Shown here in pieces: positions 8,142 to 17,983 of a DNA stretch of 64,000 nucleotides. The DNA lies in IMG/VR virus record IMGVR_UViG_3300021085_000009, positions 32,001 to 96,000 of that record. One strand, given 5' to 3'. The notes under the pieces were generated by a model. It ran no database searches and was not told the origin of the DNA. It saw only the letters and a program-made list of their open reading frames with translations. The translations under genes were made by a program, and so were the position numbers. The stretch's first letter is position 1; each line of letters begins with the position of its first letter. The DNA is from a virus.

Positions 8142-9652
8142 TAAATTTTTATCTCAAATATTTTATAATTAAATTTCTCTTTACTATATATGCTAATTCG
8201 TACACCTGCATGTTCTAATGTGTAATTCTTCTTGTTCTTCCAATGTAGGTCATCTGCAATATCGTACACTTTAGTATTTATACCATCTGCGCTCTTCCTT
8301 AGCCCTCTTCCTATGCTTTGTAAAACCCTAATTTGAGACTTACTCGGTGAAGCAAATACGATATTATGAAGACGCTTAATATTAATCCCAGTAGAAAAAG
8401 TACCCATGGAAGCAACAATAATTGCGTTATCTTGTTGCTCTGTGATTGATCTAATCTTCTCCCTAGTATCGACATCGGTTTCTCCTGAGACATAAAATAA
8501 TTTCCTTTCCTCGGAACGAGGTAGTTTACTTATCTTATCCTGTAAAAGCGAGTGCAATGGTTTACCATGCTTCTCTACAAATTGAAATAGTATAAGTGTG
8601 TTTCCATCTTGGTCTAAAGCTAAATTACTAATAAAATTATTCCGTGGTTCGTACTTTACAATAAAATCTAGCTCATCGTGGTATTTCATTTTCTTTACAA
8701 GTTTACAATACTCGTCTGCATACTTTAAAAGTAATACTTGAATTTCTAATTGTGCTAATGTGTTTTTGTCCATTAACTCTTTTGTTGTTGTAACTTTATG
8801 AACAGGTCCAAACAGACCTTCTAAAACTAACTGATGAGTTAATGTTCCATCAAGGGTTCCTGTCGTACCTACTCTGTACTTAGCTTCTGTACATTTTTCT
8901 AATATTGAAGTTAATGACTTAGCTTTAAATGAATGTGCTTCATCTCCTATAACCATACCGTATTGCTCAAACCACTCATGGTGCATCTTATATATTGACT
9001 GCCATGTGGTAATAATAACCCTAGGTTTTATATTATATTTTTCTTTGCCTGAGTATATTCTATGGCAATTATCTTCTACATTCCAATCCTCAAGTTGAGA
9101 ATAGTCATTAAAGTCAGAATACATCTGCTCAACAAGTGACGTCGTTGGTACTACTAAAAGGACTTTGTTATCATACGTCTCTAGGTAATATCTAACAGCT
9201 AAATATATGATTAAACTCTTTCCAGAAGCCGTTGGTGATAGTAGAAGGCTTTTAGTTTTTGAAAGCAAGAGCGAGAGTGCCGTAAGTTGATAGTCATGGG
9301 GGATAATACCCTTACCGTTCACGCTAGGCCGTAATTCACTCATAAACCCTTCAATATCAATAATTTGTTCAATATCAGGCCTTGAATAGTACTCATCTTC
9401 CTCTATCTTCAGGGTGTAGTCCCTAACTTCACAGAATTCATTAAGGTATTGGAACAACCCACCATACAACGTCTTACGCCTAAGATCGTACAAGCGTATT
9501 TTACCATCCCACATCCTATTTTTATATGCTGGCATGAATTTATACCCTGGAACATAAAAACAAAAGTGTTCTGCCAACTCTTGCTCAATACCAGGATCAG
9601 TCAGTATCTGTATAAAGGTTTCGTTAAGTTTTTTAACTGTCACTATGTCCAT
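8141..9652 (-). CDS. uvsW: DNA/RNA helicase UvsW
   Basis: SF2 motifs SPTASGKS, GDEAH, GTTGT, FSTGINI and QSIGRGLR. N-terminal WDGKIRL. Confidence 0.96.
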   Translation of the reverse strand: MDIVTVKKLNETFIQILTDPGIEQELAEHFCFYVPGYKFMPAYKNRMWDGKIRLYDLRRKTLYGGLFQYLNEFCEVRDYTLKIEEDEYYSRPDIEQIIDIEGFMSELRPSVNGKGIIPHDYQLTALSLLLSKTKSLLLSPTASGKSLIIYLAVRYYLETYDNKVLLVVPTTSLVEQMYSDFNDYSQLEDWNVEDNCHRIYSGKEKYNIKPRVIITTWQSIYKMHHEWFEQYGMVIGDEAHSFKAKSLTSILEKCTEAKYRVGTTGTLDGTLTHQLVLEGLFGPVHKVTTTKELMDKNTLAQLEIQVLLLKYADEYCKLVKKMKYHDELDFIVKYEPRNNFISNLALDQDGNTLILFQFVEKHGKPLHSLLQDKISKLPRSEERKLFYVSGETDVDTREKIRSITEQQDNAIIVASMGTFSTGINIKRLHNIVFASPSKSQIRVLQSIGRGLRKSADGINTKVYDIADDLHWKNKKNYTLEHAGVRISIYSKEKFNYKIFEIKI

Positions 9653-10099
9653 TTAAATACCACTAGTAAACTTTCTCCACTCAATCATATTTTTAATAGT
9701 TTGGTGTCTCCACTTAACATTATCTAAAATTTCCTTTAGTGTGTCTGCAGTGGTTTTAAGATACTCAATACGGGCTTGAGCTTTTTGAATATCGGGATCA
9801 GAATCATAGTAATAATCCATATCGCCTTTTAATACTTTTAATCCATTTAATGGATCGTAATCCCAGCCTCTATCGTCAATATCCTCTTTGGACATTTTTC
9901 CATTATAATGCAACCACTTATCTTTAAGTAGAACCTTAAATTCCATTTCTCTTTTCTTAAGATCTAAACGATTGTGTGTTACAAATTCTAGGTATTTTGC
10001 GTGGAGTTTTGCTGAGTCTTTAGAAGATTCGTCAAGTTGCATTTCATCAATGTTTGAGTCTTTCTTCCACATTTCTAATATTTTTTCAATATCTAACAT
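9653..10099 (-). CDS. uvsY: Recombination mediator UvsY
   Basis: WKKDSNID...LHAKYL...IKNMIEWRKFTSG. Adjacent to uvsW. Confidence 0.93.
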   Translation of the reverse strand: MLDIEKILEMWKKDSNIDEMQLDESSKDSAKLHAKYLEFVTHNRLDLKKREMEFKVLLKDKWLHYNGKMSKEDIDDRGWDYDPLNGLKVLKGDMDYYYDSDPDIQKAQARIEYLKTTADTLKEILDNVKWRHQTIKNMIEWRKFTSGI

Positions 10100-10136
10100 A
10101 ATTAATTTCCTATACTACTATATATGATAGTAGTTA

Positions 10137-10601
10137 TTATATAAATTCAAACGAGGTATATTTAAAAGTTACGTCTGCTTGTAAGTATTCAATTTCAGTG
10201 GCACCTGTTGTAAATTCAACACCACTTAAACTAATAGGAAAAACATCTTTGAACCTAATAGTTTTACTTACGTTGTTGTGCGAGGTTAATATATTTAAAA
10301 TAGCATCAGATTTAAATTGCTCTCCAGCATTAACTATATTATGAATCCAATCAAAAGTTTCCTTATAGTTATCCATATCTTCAGTAATATTAAACTTAAC
10401 AGTTAAATCGTCAAATGTAATTCTGTCTCCAGTAAACCCTACATTAGCTCCTCTGAAAGGCATTGGTGCTTCAGCAATACTAATTGATGGTAAAGATACT
10501 GCAGTACAAAAGTATTCTAAATTAGGGTACAATTGATTGTCAATAGTAAACTTAAATCCGACAGGACTTAAATAGTTTTTATTTGAAGTTAGTGTGGCCA
10601 T
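10137..10601 (-). CDS. gp3: Tail tube terminator / tail completion protein
   Basis: NYLSPVGFKF...YFCTAVSLPSI...FPISLSG motifs. Located between gp23 and uvsY. Confidence 0.9.
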   Translation of the reverse strand: MATLTSNKNYLSPVGFKFTIDNQLYPNLEYFCTAVSLPSISIAEAPMPFRGANVGFTGDRITFDDLTVKFNITEDMDNYKETFDWIHNIVNAGEQFKSDAILNILTSHNNVSKTIRFKDVFPISLSGVEFTTGATEIEYLQADVTFKYTSFEFI

Positions 10602-10619
10602 ATAATAATCTCCTAATAC

Positions 10620-10627
10620 TATTTATA
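10620..10627 (-). promoter_or_regulatory. T4 late promoter TATAAATA (gp3)
   Basis: Exact consensus upstream of an AGGAG RBS. Confidence 0.85.
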
Positions 10628-10651
10628 AGTCTTTTAGTATAGAACTCAGAC

Positions 10652-10680
10652 AAAAAAAGAGGGATCCTAAGACCCCTCTC
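10652..10680 (-). terminator. Rho-independent terminator after gp23
   Basis: Minus strand AGAGGGGTC-TTAG-GATCCCTCT followed by a T run. Confidence 0.9.
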
Positions 10681-10702
10681 CATCAGAATTAAAATATTCA
10701 GA

Positions 10703-12046
10703 TTATGATGAAACCATAATTCCGTCTACTCTAAAGATTCTGAAATATGGGTTGACACGGTTAGTACCCGCACCTGTAGCTGTTCCCACGAATGGGTTCT
10801 GCTGCATTCCATATCTAGTTTTGAATCCAATTCTTGGCTGGAAGTCATTCTCGCCAATCGCTTTAACCATAGTTAAAGGAACGTATGGGCAATAGAAGAT
10901 ACCTGCGTCGTATGGATTTGAACCTCTGTAACCTACACAAGCGAAATCGCCAGTAGCATAAGGATCGATATATACTTTCATTCTACCGTTAAGAACACCA
11001 GCAAAAGTATTACCAGTATCGTCAACATTTAGGTCAGTTGAAAGAGCAGGAGTATAGTCTAGAAGACCAGCTGCTGCTAGTGCTGAAGCAACATCAGAAG
11101 AACAAAGTACAAAATTACCTTTTCCTCTTCTTGTTTCTTTAGCGATTACGTTAGCTTCTCTTTCGAGTTGCATGATGAGACCTTTAAATCTCTCAACCAT
11201 CCATCTGCCGTCTGAATCTGTGTCTACATTGAACGCACCTTTAAGAGCAACGTTTGATTGTAAAGCACCAACTTTAGCTTTAGCAAGAATAGTTCTAACC
11301 ATTTCTCTGTTGATTTCCGCAAGGATTTCAGAAGAAAGAATATTAGCTAATTCGCCTTCAGCGTCTAGACCGTGGATTGCTTTAAGATCTTGAGCAAGTT
11401 CCATAGTGTATTCAGCTTTAAGAGCTCTTGAGTTAGCTAGTACTTGAGCTTTTTCGATTGAGAAAGCCATTTCGCCGAACTGGTTAGCACTTGAGATAGC
11501 AGAACCGGGTACAGCTGTACCTTTAGCTTCTGCATTAGCTGTAGTAATACCAGAACCGAATCCTGATACAACATCAGCTTCGTCAGCGATAGAAGTACCT
11601 GCGTCTCCAGAATCAACTACACCCATTAATCCAGTAGGATCAGCTTCGTGTGTACCAGTTCCTGAGAAGTCAGTATCTGCTTCGTCGAATAAAGCTTCAG
11701 TACCACCTTGAGTGCTGTACTTAGACTTCATTGCAAAGATTAGACCAGTAGGTCCGTTCATTGGTTGTACGCCTGCGATATCGTATGCGATAAGGTTAGG
11801 CATTGCACGTCTTACAAGAGAGATCAATACTGGATCAAAGTTACTAATGTTAGAACCAGTAGCGTTAGCTGCGGTTTCATTAAGTTGAAAATCAGAATGA
11901 TTTCTGGTTTCTTGTAGTGCGATTTCTTGGTTTTCCAAGAGTCTAGCAGTAACAGCTCTCTTGTGCTTGTCACCGATGCTTGGAGCATCTTCGTGATCAA
12001 GGACAGGAGTCCATTTCTCTACTAGATTTTTATCTGCGTTAAACAT
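10703..12046 (-). CDS. gp23: Major capsid protein
   Basis: FDPVLISLVRRAMPNLIAYDIAGVQPM, SRALKAEYTMELAQDLKAIHGLDAE, FYCPYVPL and FKTRYG. Confidence 0.99.
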   Translation of the reverse strand: MFNADKNLVEKWTPVLDHEDAPSIGDKHKRAVTARLLENQEIALQETRNHSDFQLNETAANATGSNISNFDPVLISLVRRAMPNLIAYDIAGVQPMNGPTGLIFAMKSKYSTQGGTEALFDEADTDFSGTGTHEADPTGLMGVVDSGDAGTSIADEADVVSGFGSGITTANAEAKGTAVPGSAISSANQFGEMAFSIEKAQVLANSRALKAEYTMELAQDLKAIHGLDAEGELANILSSEILAEINREMVRTILAKAKVGALQSNVALKGAFNVDTDSDGRWMVERFKGLIMQLEREANVIAKETRRGKGNFVLCSSDVASALAAAGLLDYTPALSTDLNVDDTGNTFAGVLNGRMKVYIDPYATGDFACVGYRGSNPYDAGIFYCPYVPLTMVKAIGENDFQPRIGFKTRYGMQQNPFVGTATGAGTNRVNPYFRIFRVDGIMVSS

Positions 12047-12072
12047 TTTTTATTTCCCCTTAGGTTTATGTT

Positions 12073-13215
12073 TTATTTAATAGATTTAGTTATAGCTTGA
12101 GTGTAAGCAGCCATTGAACTAGAGATAGACTGAACTTCGTCAGCTTCTTCATTTCCAATTGCGGCATTTACTTCGTCAACTGATTCATTAACATCTTGCT
12201 TGAAGTATGACTCTTTAACAACTGATACTTTCATTTCGAAAGATTCAGCGTTATCGAATTCAATGTCTTCTACCAATGATGATAACTTTTCAGCTTCGGT
12301 TTCAGCCAAGCCTGAAGAATGTCTTCTTACGATTTCAGCTCTTTCTAAAGATTGAGTTGACTCGTATAAACGAATATTTTCTTCTGTGGTTTTATTGAGT
12401 GATTCCTCTAGCTCAGCAACCTGTGATGATAACTCATCTACTAGATCAACCTTACCTTCTGGAACTTCAATGTAATGTTCCTTGAATACTACCTGAAGTG
12501 CACTCATAAAGTCTTCAGCGATTTCAGACCTTAGTCCAGTCTCTACTGCTACTTCATTTTCTTTCATCCAGTTTTCAACAACATAGTTAAGGTATGAATC
12601 TACCTTTTCTACGAGTGAGCTCTGAATATCAGCGACTTCTTCTTCAAGATTTTGCGCGTATTCGCCTTCTAGCCTGTCAATTTCTGCACCTACTTTACTT
12701 GCGTAAGCAGCTTCAAAAATCGCACCAGCTTTAACACGGAATCCATCTGACAATGTAGCTTCTTCAGCTACTAAGATATCCAAATCTTCAGAATAGTCAG
12801 CAGCCTCTAGCTTAGCTTTAGGTGCTTTCTTATCTTTAGCAACGGTGTCAACAGCTTTATCAACTGATCCATCGTCTTCTGATTCTTCTACTTTTGTCAA
12901 TTTAGCATATAGCTTTTGCGCGTCTTCCTTTTTGGCCTTTTTAAACATCTCCAATGCAGCGTTAATAACACCAGCTTTAGTTTTAGGGACTACAGGTGCA
13001 GACTCTTCGACTTTTTCTTCGTCTTTTTTGTCTTCATCTTCGTCTTCTTCAACCTTTGCTTCGGCTACTACTTCTTCATCTAAAGCTTCTTCCTCGTTTC
13101 CAACTTCGTTTTCAACGAGCTCTTCTTCAGAATCTAGCTCAGCATCTTCAGAGATGTCTAACACAGCCTCTTCCTCTGCAATTGCAGTGGATTTAATTGC
13201 GTCTTCTAATGACAT
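12073..13215 (-). CDS. gp22: Prohead core scaffolding protein
   Basis: Acidic, helical sequence with KVDSYLNYVVENWM and FKEHYIEVPE motifs. Located between gp21 and gp23. Confidence 0.93.
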   Translation of the reverse strand: MSLEDAIKSTAIAEEEAVLDISEDAELDSEEELVENEVGNEEEALDEEVVAEAKVEEDEDEDKKDEEKVEESAPVVPKTKAGVINAALEMFKKAKKEDAQKLYAKLTKVEESEDDGSVDKAVDTVAKDKKAPKAKLEAADYSEDLDILVAEEATLSDGFRVKAGAIFEAAYASKVGAEIDRLEGEYAQNLEEEVADIQSSLVEKVDSYLNYVVENWMKENEVAVETGLRSEIAEDFMSALQVVFKEHYIEVPEGKVDLVDELSSQVAELEESLNKTTEENIRLYESTQSLERAEIVRRHSSGLAETEAEKLSSLVEDIEFDNAESFEMKVSVVKESYFKQDVNESVDEVNAAIGNEEADEVQSISSSMAAYTQAITKSIK

Positions 13216-13236
13216 TTTATATTCTCCTATTAAGAA

Positions 13237-13884
13237 TTAAAGTTTAGAGAGGAAATTTTTAAACGCTTTGATCTCTGCTTCAGCTAAATGCTTTTTAGGA
13301 GTACGCTTTATTTCAGTCTCAATTGATTCAATTTCTTGTGCAGTTAAGATACCGTTATTCCATATCCAATCAACACCTTCCATAATTCCATTGACAAATG
13401 CCTCTGGAGCGGAAGGGTCCTGGACTATATCTACAGTTGCAAGCATAAAATCCTTGCCCACGTAACTAGTACCATTCTTCTGTACAAGACTACCCATACC
13501 ACGACTTGATACACCAAGCTTAACGCCTCCATCGAGCAAACCTTCAACGATTTGTCCCATAGGGGTTTTAAGAATTGATGCTTTTCCAATAACATTACTT
13601 CCCTCAAATTTGAGATCTGTAATCTTATGTGAAACTTTATCCAGGTTAATTGTTGGACCTTCAGGGTGATTTAATTCCCCTACTGCTCGTCCACTTTTCA
13701 CCTGTTCGACTACGTATTTTTCTACCGCAGCCTCTAATATTTGTTTTTCATATATGCGACCATTTCTGTTCTTCTGATCGGCCTGCATAAACACGCCTTC
13801 AATGACGTGCTGTTTGCCACCATTTTTGGTAGCTTCTGTATAACATTCGATATTACTATCGGTATATTCAGATATTAACTTCAT
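13237..13884 (-). CDS. gp21: Prohead protease
   Basis: IEGVFMQAD.KNRNGRIY, GELNHP, GVSSRGMGS and DIVQDPSAPEAFV. Confidence 0.97.
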   Translation of the reverse strand: MKLISEYTDSNIECYTEATKNGGKQHVIEGVFMQADQKNRNGRIYEKQILEAAVEKYVVEQVKSGRAVGELNHPEGPTINLDKVSHKITDLKFEGSNVIGKASILKTPMGQIVEGLLDGGVKLGVSSRGMGSLVQKNGTSYVGKDFMLATVDIVQDPSAPEAFVNGIMEGVDWIWNNGILTAQEIESIETEIKRTPKKHLAEAEIKAFKNFLSKL

Positions 13885-13894
13885 AGTTGTTCCT

Positions 13895-14065
13895 TTATGA
13901 CTCTTCAGCTTCAGAAGCTCGATCGGTCATTGTTGATGCTAAATCGATTTTTCTTGCATCGAGTGCATCTTTTAATTTATCAGCCATAATGCTATTAAAG
14001 TTATCACTAGCTTTAACATTATCGTTACCTTTTAAATTATCAATTAATGATTCTATACTACTCAT
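13895..14065 (-). CDS. gp67: Prohead core protein gp67-like (56 aa; below the ORF-track cutoff)
   Basis: Hand translation MSSIESLIDNLKGNDNVKASDNFNSIMADKLKDALDARKIDLASTMTDRASEAEES. GAGG RBS, late promoter upstream, and syntenic position between gp20 and gp21. Confidence 0.8.
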   Translation of the reverse strand: MSSIESLIDNLKGNDNVKASDNFNSIMADKLKDALDARKIDLASTMTDRASEAEES

Positions 14066-14085
14066 TTCAGTTCCTCTTGTTTATA

Positions 14086-14093
14086 TATTTATA
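14086..14093 (-). promoter_or_regulatory. T4 late promoter TATAAATA (gp67-gp21-gp22-gp23)
   Basis: Exact consensus in the intergenic gap. Confidence 0.85.
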
Positions 14094-14098
14094 AGTTT

Positions 14099-15583
14099 TT
14101 ATAAGTCAAGATCAAGGTCATCGTCATCGCCAGCATCTTTTTCTGCATCCATTTGCTTTCTAAGTGCCTCGATTTCGTCATCATCTTGTCTAAGAATATT
14201 TTTTCGTACCCATTCATGTGATACATATTTACCTACATATTCATCAAGTGTGGCTAACATTTCAAATCTTTCACGAATGATTTCAGATTCTTTTAATTCA
14301 CTGAAGTAATTATCCTCAATGTAATTAAATGCTATATATTCTTTCCAGTTTCTCCAATCATCTTTAGTAATAACACCTTTTAATAAAAGCTGTGTTTTTA
14401 ATACCTGCATGAAGATATCAGAAAATCTTTTTCTTATTCTATCAATAAACTTCTTAAATTTAACTTCATCTCTACTTATTTCAGTAGCTCTACCTAAGCT
14501 AAATTGTGCTTCTTGCTCTAATCTGTTCATAGGAACATTTAAAGCTTTATATAATTTCTTTTGGAAATAGATTATATCATCTATTTGCCCTAGGTTTTCT
14601 CCACCTGGAAGTGTAGATATTTCAGTACCTCTACCGCCTTCTCTTCTTGGTAAAAAGAAATCCTCTAACATTGACATATGTTTTCTGTCGTCTTTTACAT
14701 CACCAGTTTTAGCATCGTATACTAATTTATTACGATACTTATTCATGATGTTCTGTAAATACTCTTCAGCCTTACCCTTAGGTAAATTACCTACATCAAT
14801 ATAAAAAATTCTTCGTTCAGGAGCTCTAGATATTCTATAGATAACTAACGAGTCTTCCATCATCCTTAACTGATTTACAGGTTTAATAGCTTTCTGTAAA
14901 TGCGATAAAATTCTTTTACGACTTGGATCTAACATTCCTGATGTGCAATATGCTATAGAATCAGGGTGAATTTTAAGTCCTTGATTTGCTCTATCCATGT
15001 GTACATCTTGAAACATGAAATATTCTTTAGATTTTTTAATTAACTTTGCACCCGTCTTAGGATCAGTTTCTTCTTCAATCTCTTTAATCTTTCTAATTTT
15101 AGTAGGATCAATATATCTTAATTCTTTTAAACCCGCCTTAGGGTTATTATCATCTATAATCATATGGTATGGTAATCTACCATCTACATACCATTTTCTA
15201 AATATATCATGCCCAGTACTATTAAAATTTAATAGCTCTAAAACATTATCAAATTCTTTTCTGATATTTTTCTTAATGTTATCAGATATTTTTAATCTAT
15301 CCAATACAATTGCTACAGGAGCCGCATTAAAGTCTCCAGTAATAGCTTCGTTTACAATATCATCAATAGCAGCATCGCATTCAGGCTGAACAGAAATGTC
15401 TCTATACTTAAATATAAGCTCATTTTCGTTTTTTACTTTATCTCCATCAATATCAAGGTATTGGCCAAAGTGACCACCTGTACTAATTACACCAGTTCCT
15501 TCTGCTTCTGTATCAGGAACAAAGGAAGGTCTAACAGGTTCTTGAACCTTTCTATTAATCTCAAATCCGAACAATTCTGCCAT
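14099..15583 (-). CDS. gp20: Portal vertex protein
   Basis: NQLRMMEDSLVIYRISRAPERRIFYIDVGNLPKGKAEEYL and EDFFLPRREGGRGTEISTLPGG. Confidence 0.99.
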   Translation of the reverse strand: MAELFGFEINRKVQEPVRPSFVPDTEAEGTGVISTGGHFGQYLDIDGDKVKNENELIFKYRDISVQPECDAAIDDIVNEAITGDFNAAPVAIVLDRLKISDNIKKNIRKEFDNVLELLNFNSTGHDIFRKWYVDGRLPYHMIIDDNNPKAGLKELRYIDPTKIRKIKEIEEETDPKTGAKLIKKSKEYFMFQDVHMDRANQGLKIHPDSIAYCTSGMLDPSRKRILSHLQKAIKPVNQLRMMEDSLVIYRISRAPERRIFYIDVGNLPKGKAEEYLQNIMNKYRNKLVYDAKTGDVKDDRKHMSMLEDFFLPRREGGRGTEISTLPGGENLGQIDDIIYFQKKLYKALNVPMNRLEQEAQFSLGRATEISRDEVKFKKFIDRIRKRFSDIFMQVLKTQLLLKGVITKDDWRNWKEYIAFNYIEDNYFSELKESEIIRERFEMLATLDEYVGKYVSHEWVRKNILRQDDDEIEALRKQMDAEKDAGDDDDLDLDL

Positions 15584-15635
15584 AATTTTTACCTTTACAA
15601 TATTGACAGGGACGCAATTGTCCCTGCCATATTAT

Positions 15636-15643
15636 TATTTATA
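15636..15643 (-). promoter_or_regulatory. T4 late promoter TATAAATA (gp20)
   Basis: Exact consensus right after the gp19 stop, followed by a 10-bp hairpin at 15604-15629. Confidence 0.8.
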
Positions 15644-15646
15644 CGA

Positions 15647-16174
15647 CTAAGAAGTAGTGTCAGATTCCCAATAAGTTACCTGCATCTCAACTGTGAATTC
15701 TTCGATTGCGTTCTCAGAATCATAGTTTAAATCAATTGCAGATAAATTAGTAGGATAACATCCTCTTACGTTATAAGTTTTTACAGTTTCTCCAGCCTTA
15801 TTCAATTGCTCGATTACTACGTCCGACTGATATTCAGTTGGGTTTGATAATCCAGTATTTGCGTTGTGCTGATTAATTCCATTCATCCATCTTTCAAAGC
15901 TATTTCTAACTTCAAATGCAGCATCATTGATGACAGTTAATGTAACTGGTTCAAATGCTCTATCACCTGCTACTGACATCTTTCTTCCTCTGAAATTTAC
16001 TTCAATGGGAGCGATTACAGAAGATGGGATAGCTACTGCTTTACACAAGAATGAAGTTAATTCCACATTTCCCTGAGCATAGCTTGGGAAGTTAACTGTA
16101 GCCTTAAACAAGTTAGGTCTTGCACCACCGCCTGTCAGCTTAGATTTAAAATCATCTATACCTAAAATTGCCAT
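15647..16174 (-). CDS. gp19: Tail tube protein
   Basis: GGGARPNLF, FRGRKMSVAGDRAFE, FERWMNGIN and IEEFTV. Confidence 0.96.
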   Translation of the reverse strand: MAILGIDDFKSKLTGGGARPNLFKATVNFPSYAQGNVELTSFLCKAVAIPSSVIAPIEVNFRGRKMSVAGDRAFEPVTLTVINDAAFEVRNSFERWMNGINQHNANTGLSNPTEYQSDVVIEQLNKAGETVKTYNVRGCYPTNLSAIDLNYDSENAIEEFTVEMQVTYWESDTTS

Positions 16175-16185
16175 TATACTTCTCC

Positions 16186-17898
16186 TTAATTAGAGCCGGC
16201 GATTTCTGAAAAATCGACGCCTGTTCTAGTTGCTATAAAGTTCAAGGTAATGAAGTTAATAGATCTTGATGGCTTGATAAAGATATCAGCTACAAAACTA
16301 TTAGAATCAATTACTTGTCCTGTATTATTTGTTTCGTCACAGATTACTTTAAAGTCTGTAACTCCTCTTCGGCCTTTTACATCCCTTAAGAATGGCTCAA
16401 CTAAATTCCTAAATTGTGCTCTAGTGAATTCATCATTGAACTCAAAGAGTTGTCCCTTAGCAGCTGTAGAAATTGCTTTCTCCAATACGATGAATAAACG
16501 TCTAACGTTAATTCTGTCGAATGCTGAAGGTTTAGGTGATAAAGTTTTATCTCCGAATAAAATAGTTCCTTCTCCAGGGAAAGATACGAGTGGGTTGACC
16601 TTAGCCTTATACAACTCATCTCTTTGTGCTAGATTAGGGTTAAATGCTAATTTGGTAACACCTAGTAGTTGACCTCTAGTCGAACCAGCTGGTGAGAACC
16701 AAGCATCTGCTGCTAAATCAGTACCAGCACATAGTCCAGCAATGTGACCTGCGCCACCGATCCAACGATACTTATCATTGTACTTATCGTACACATATAA
16801 AGCACCTGAATCTGCTGATCCGTATGAACTCTTAGTTACTGTTGTGGCCCATGTAGTTACATTAGTTAATGCAGTACCTGGTGCAATACCTGCTGTTTCA
16901 GAAACAGGAGGTGAAACAAAAGCCATACAGTCTTTCCTTTTTAAAGCCATATCGATTAGTTTATTAGCAATTACTGCTCCACTAGCATCTGGATAAGCAA
17001 ATAGTAAATTAACATCTACTGTTTCTCCGTCTGCTAAAAGATCGTATGCTGTCGATATTTCACCAACTGTTGGTGCGTTATCGTCAGATCCACCTGCTAA
17101 TGGTCTACTTTGTACTACTGCACCTACTACGTATGCTGCTGTTGAAGCAATAGGTGCTCCAATGTTTGAGCTTGCAATAGTTGGATGCGCTAACCACCAA
17201 ACGTAGCTTGATCTGTTATTAATAACATCTACGTAATAGTTAGTTGTGCCGTCGTCTGCTTTAGCGTCTGATCCCACACTTACGAATGGGAAAGTTTCTA
17301 AAACTGTGTTTGGTGTTCCGCTCCATAAGCCTGTTGTATCAATTACAGCAACATGGACTTCGTCCAATGCAGTAGTTTTACCTAGCACGTCTGCCGCGTA
17401 ATTTGATGTTCCAGGTGCTGAATCGAAGCTACCTCTATAATCCCAGGTTGCAAATCCTAATGGTCCACAAAGTTCAACCTTAAGGCTGTTACCTAGTGTG
17501 CCAGGGTATTTTGCAGCCCAGCCTCCCATAGTGTTAGTGTTACCTGCAGCAGGTGCACCATCGCTATGGTTAGTTTCATAATCAGTACTATTTTTAATTA
17601 GTACTCCTGATGTACCAGAAGTCGCGTTATCGTGACCGCTGATTGCTCTAACAACCTTTAATGATCTGCCGTATTTTAAAAATCCAGCAGCAGTTAAAAA
17701 GTAGTTAGCGGTATTGACGTCTGTAGGTTGACCAAATATTTCAGCTAGATTCTTTTCTGAACCTACCGTAATTACTTCGTCAACTGGACCCCAATTAAAT
17801 GACCCTGCGAATCCACCAATACTGGTTGATACGGCAGGAACAACGCCCGTTGCGTCAATTTCTTTGACCTGGACGCCTGGTGATACTTGAAATGCCAT
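16186..17898 (-). CDS. gp18: Tail sheath protein
   Basis: MAFQVSPGVQVKEID, WFSPAG, SAFDRINVRRLF, FEFNDEFTR and IKPSRSINFI. Confidence 0.98.
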   Translation of the reverse strand: MAFQVSPGVQVKEIDATGVVPAVSTSIGGFAGSFNWGPVDEVITVGSEKNLAEIFGQPTDVNTANYFLTAAGFLKYGRSLKVVRAISGHDNATSGTSGVLIKNSTDYETNHSDGAPAAGNTNTMGGWAAKYPGTLGNSLKVELCGPLGFATWDYRGSFDSAPGTSNYAADVLGKTTALDEVHVAVIDTTGLWSGTPNTVLETFPFVSVGSDAKADDGTTNYYVDVINNRSSYVWWLAHPTIASSNIGAPIASTAAYVVGAVVQSRPLAGGSDDNAPTVGEISTAYDLLADGETVDVNLLFAYPDASGAVIANKLIDMALKRKDCMAFVSPPVSETAGIAPGTALTNVTTWATTVTKSSYGSADSGALYVYDKYNDKYRWIGGAGHIAGLCAGTDLAADAWFSPAGSTRGQLLGVTKLAFNPNLAQRDELYKAKVNPLVSFPGEGTILFGDKTLSPKPSAFDRINVRRLFIVLEKAISTAAKGQLFEFNDEFTRAQFRNLVEPFLRDVKGRRGVTDFKVICDETNNTGQVIDSNSFVADIFIKPSRSINFITLNFIATRTGVDFSEIAGSN

Positions 17899-17963
17899 CG
17901 CTTTATCCTCTTAATTTGAGTTAGTTAATATGTTCTCATAATACGGTTATATTCAATCATAGT

Positions 17964-17971
17964 TATTTATA
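17964..17971 (-). promoter_or_regulatory. T4 late promoter TATAAATA (gp18-gp19)
   Basis: Exact consensus in the intergenic gap. Confidence 0.85.
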
Positions 17972-17983
17972 TGTTTTAACATT

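Noticed and set aside
13887-14309. 140-aa plus-strand ORF across the gp20-gp21 gap
   Set aside because: It is the antisense shadow of the gp20 3' end and of the gp67-like gene, which has the RBS and late promoter.
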